Virus record (IMG/VR): IMGVR_UViG_3300012971_000005
Span: 1-54,684 of that record
Source: a virus
Lineage: Duplodnaviria; Caudoviricetes
DNA: 54,684 nt
Reading direction: 5' to 3' (one strand)
Shown: positions 53,338-54,684 of the stretch, piece after piece
Layout: each line of letters begins with the position of its first letter
Position numbering within the stretch: the stretch's first letter is position 1
Notes under the pieces: generated by a model
The model's input: only the letters and a program-made list of their open reading frames with translations
What the model was told of the DNA's origin: nothing
Database searches by the model: none
Made by a program: the position numbers and the translations under genes

Positions 53338-53970
53338 ATGTGTGATGCTTGTAACGAACAGTTTGCGGTCGACACGTGGGGGGATGGCAGTGAGAGGGAC
53401 GACCAACCCGGCGGGAAATCCGGGCTGGCTGCCATGGACGGAAACGAGTCAAGAGCAGGACACTATACCATGATGGCGAAGACGATACAAAACTTTCAGA
53501 CGACGGTGGAGTTTGACGCCTTGCTCACCGCCTGCACGGCACGGGCACTGGCGAAGTTTCCTGAAGCCCGCACGCGCATTGAGCGCGGGGCGGCGCTGGT
53601 GCGGGCAGACGCGGTGGTGGACTACGCGCACATCACGCCTGACGCATGGACGGTGCAGAGTGCGAGCGATCCCGAGAGCCGCTACACCGTCGTGAGCAAC
53701 GGCACGACCACGTGCACCTGTGCGGATTACGTGCAGCGCCAGCATCTCTGCAAGCATGGGTATGCCGTGTTGCTCACGCGGGCACTGCGCCGCGAGGTGC
53801 ACAAGCCACGGTGTCGGCAGGCATACCACTGGTACTTGGGCGAGGGCTACGCCATGGAGCGCGGCAGCGGCATGGTCGAGTGGCGGGCCAGCGGCACGGC
53901 GCACGGGATCATCTGTACGCACGCTGATGTGACGCTGGGAGCCGTCGAGGCGCCCGGTGTCTGGCGCTAA
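53338..53970 (+). CDS. SWIM zinc-finger protein
   Basis: WTVQSAS...RYTV...CTCADY....HLCKH; AAGGAG RBS. Confidence 0.8.
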   Translation: MCDACNEQFAVDTWGDGSERDDQPGGKSGLAAMDGNESRAGHYTMMAKTIQNFQTTVEFDALLTACTARALAKFPEARTRIERGAALVRADAVVDYAHITPDAWTVQSASDPESRYTVVSNGTTTCTCADYVQRQHLCKHGYAVLLTRALRREVHKPRCRQAYHWYLGEGYAMERGSGMVEWRASGTAHGIICTHADVTLGAVEAPGVWR

Positions 53971-54013
53971 CGATACGCACGGGCGGGGCTGTGTCCCCCG
54001 CCCAGGAAAGGAG
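53968..54013 (+). promoter_or_regulatory. Intergenic stop-hairpin-RBS element, copy 1
   Basis: TAACGA..GGGCGGGG-loop-CCCCGCCC-AGGAAAGGAG. Confidence 0.65.
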
Positions 54014-54019
54014 ACGACG

Positions 54020-54193
54020 ATGACCGCTGAGGAGATTCGCCATGCCGCCATGGCCCGCCGCACGGCGCTGGGGCTCAAGCTGCGGCTGCTCACGCCCGAC
54101 GGCGAGACGACCCTGTATCCCAAAGATCACGCCACGAAAGCCCGCTGGCTGGCGGCGGCCCGCCGGAAGGGTTCAACCGTGCTGGAGGCGTAA
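54020..54193 (+). CDS. Small basic hypothetical protein
   Basis: AAAGGAG RBS. Confidence 0.6.
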   Translation: MTAEEIRHAAMARRTALGLKLRLLTPDGETTLYPKDHATKARWLAAARRKGSTVLEA

Positions 54194-54195
54194 GC

Positions 54196-54684
54196 ATGGC
54201 CAGAGTGCTGGTAGCCTGTGAATTTACGGGCATTGTGAGACAGGCGTTTGCCGTCCGTGGGCACGATGTCTGGTCCTGTAATCTGCTGCCCAGCGAACAG
54301 CCAGGGCAGCATATCCAGGGCGATGTGCTGGCGGTGCTCGGGGAGGGCTGGGATATCATGCTCGCCTTCCCGCCTTGTACGCATCTGGCGACGTCGGGCG
54401 CCCGCTGGTTTGCAAGGAAGCGACCACAGCAAGAAGCGGCGCTTGACTTTGTCCGACAGTTGCTTGAGGCCCCAATTCCACGCATCTGCCTGGAAAATCC
54501 GCTGGGCGTGATCAGTTCGCGGATTCGGCCCGCCGATCAACTGATTGAACCGTGGGAATATGGCCATCAGGAGATGAAACGGACCTGCCTGTGGCTGAAG
54601 AATCTCCCCTATTTACAGCCGACCTGCCTGGTCTGGCCACGGGAGCAAAAGGTATGGCACAACACGAAGGGGGAACGACGCCGA
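54196..54684 (+). CDS. Phage DNA cytosine methyltransferase-like protein (183 aa; continues across the join to position 186)
   Basis: RVLVACE..G.VR.AF...GHD.WSC, WDIMLAFPPCTHL (catalytic PC), ICLENP; GGAGG RBS. Confidence 0.85.
   Translation, partial: MARVLVACEFTGIVRQAFAVRGHDVWSCNLLPSEQPGQHIQGDVLAVLGEGWDIMLAFPPCTHLATSGARWFARKRPQQEAALDFVRQLLEAPIPRICLENPLGVISSRIRPADQLIEPWEYGHQEMKRTCLWLKNLPYLQPTCLVWPREQKVWHNTKGERRR
54562..54684. repeat. Terminal direct repeat, identical to 1-123
   Basis: Direct comparison. Confidence 0.97.

Noticed and set aside
1-54684. tRNA/rRNA genes and a specific host assignment
   Set aside because: I recognised no RNA genes by eye. The host cannot be named from sequence alone; matching the CRISPR repeat would be the best route.

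Overview
This window looks like a complete, circularly assembled genome of a high-GC, P22-like short-tailed phage. Bases 1-123 are identical to 54562-54684, giving a unit length of about 54,561 bp, and a cytosine methyltransferase reads across the join. The + strand (about 53.3 kb, through the join, to 9.4 kb) carries early and replication genes: a SWIM protein, the methyltransferase, a VRR-NUC nuclease, a primase-polymerase/helicase with a downstream iteron region, an SSB-like protein, and J-domain, vWA and SLOG proteins. The - strand carries an XRE regulator, a SNF2-methyltransferase fusion, TerS, TerL with two inteins, portal, scaffold, P22-like coat, gp4/gp10-like proteins, a tail adaptor, three ejection proteins and two antirepressor modules. 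It ends in a block of fibre/lectin-like genes that all start with signal-peptide-like segments. I recognise no integrase and no endolysin/holin. Main observations: (1) the second TerL intein has no in-frame endonuclease but contains a complete HNH gene in another frame, with its own TTGACA-17-GATAAT promoter and RBS; (2) a one-spacer CRISPR mini-array sits in the late operon with no cas genes; (3) a signal-peptide-bearing, cysteine-containing fibre cluster occupies the tailspike position; (4) a SieA-positioned membrane protein shares a 45-nt motif with the ejection protein; (5) a duplicated leader precedes both antirepressor modules. All product calls come from motif recognition by eye, not database searches.
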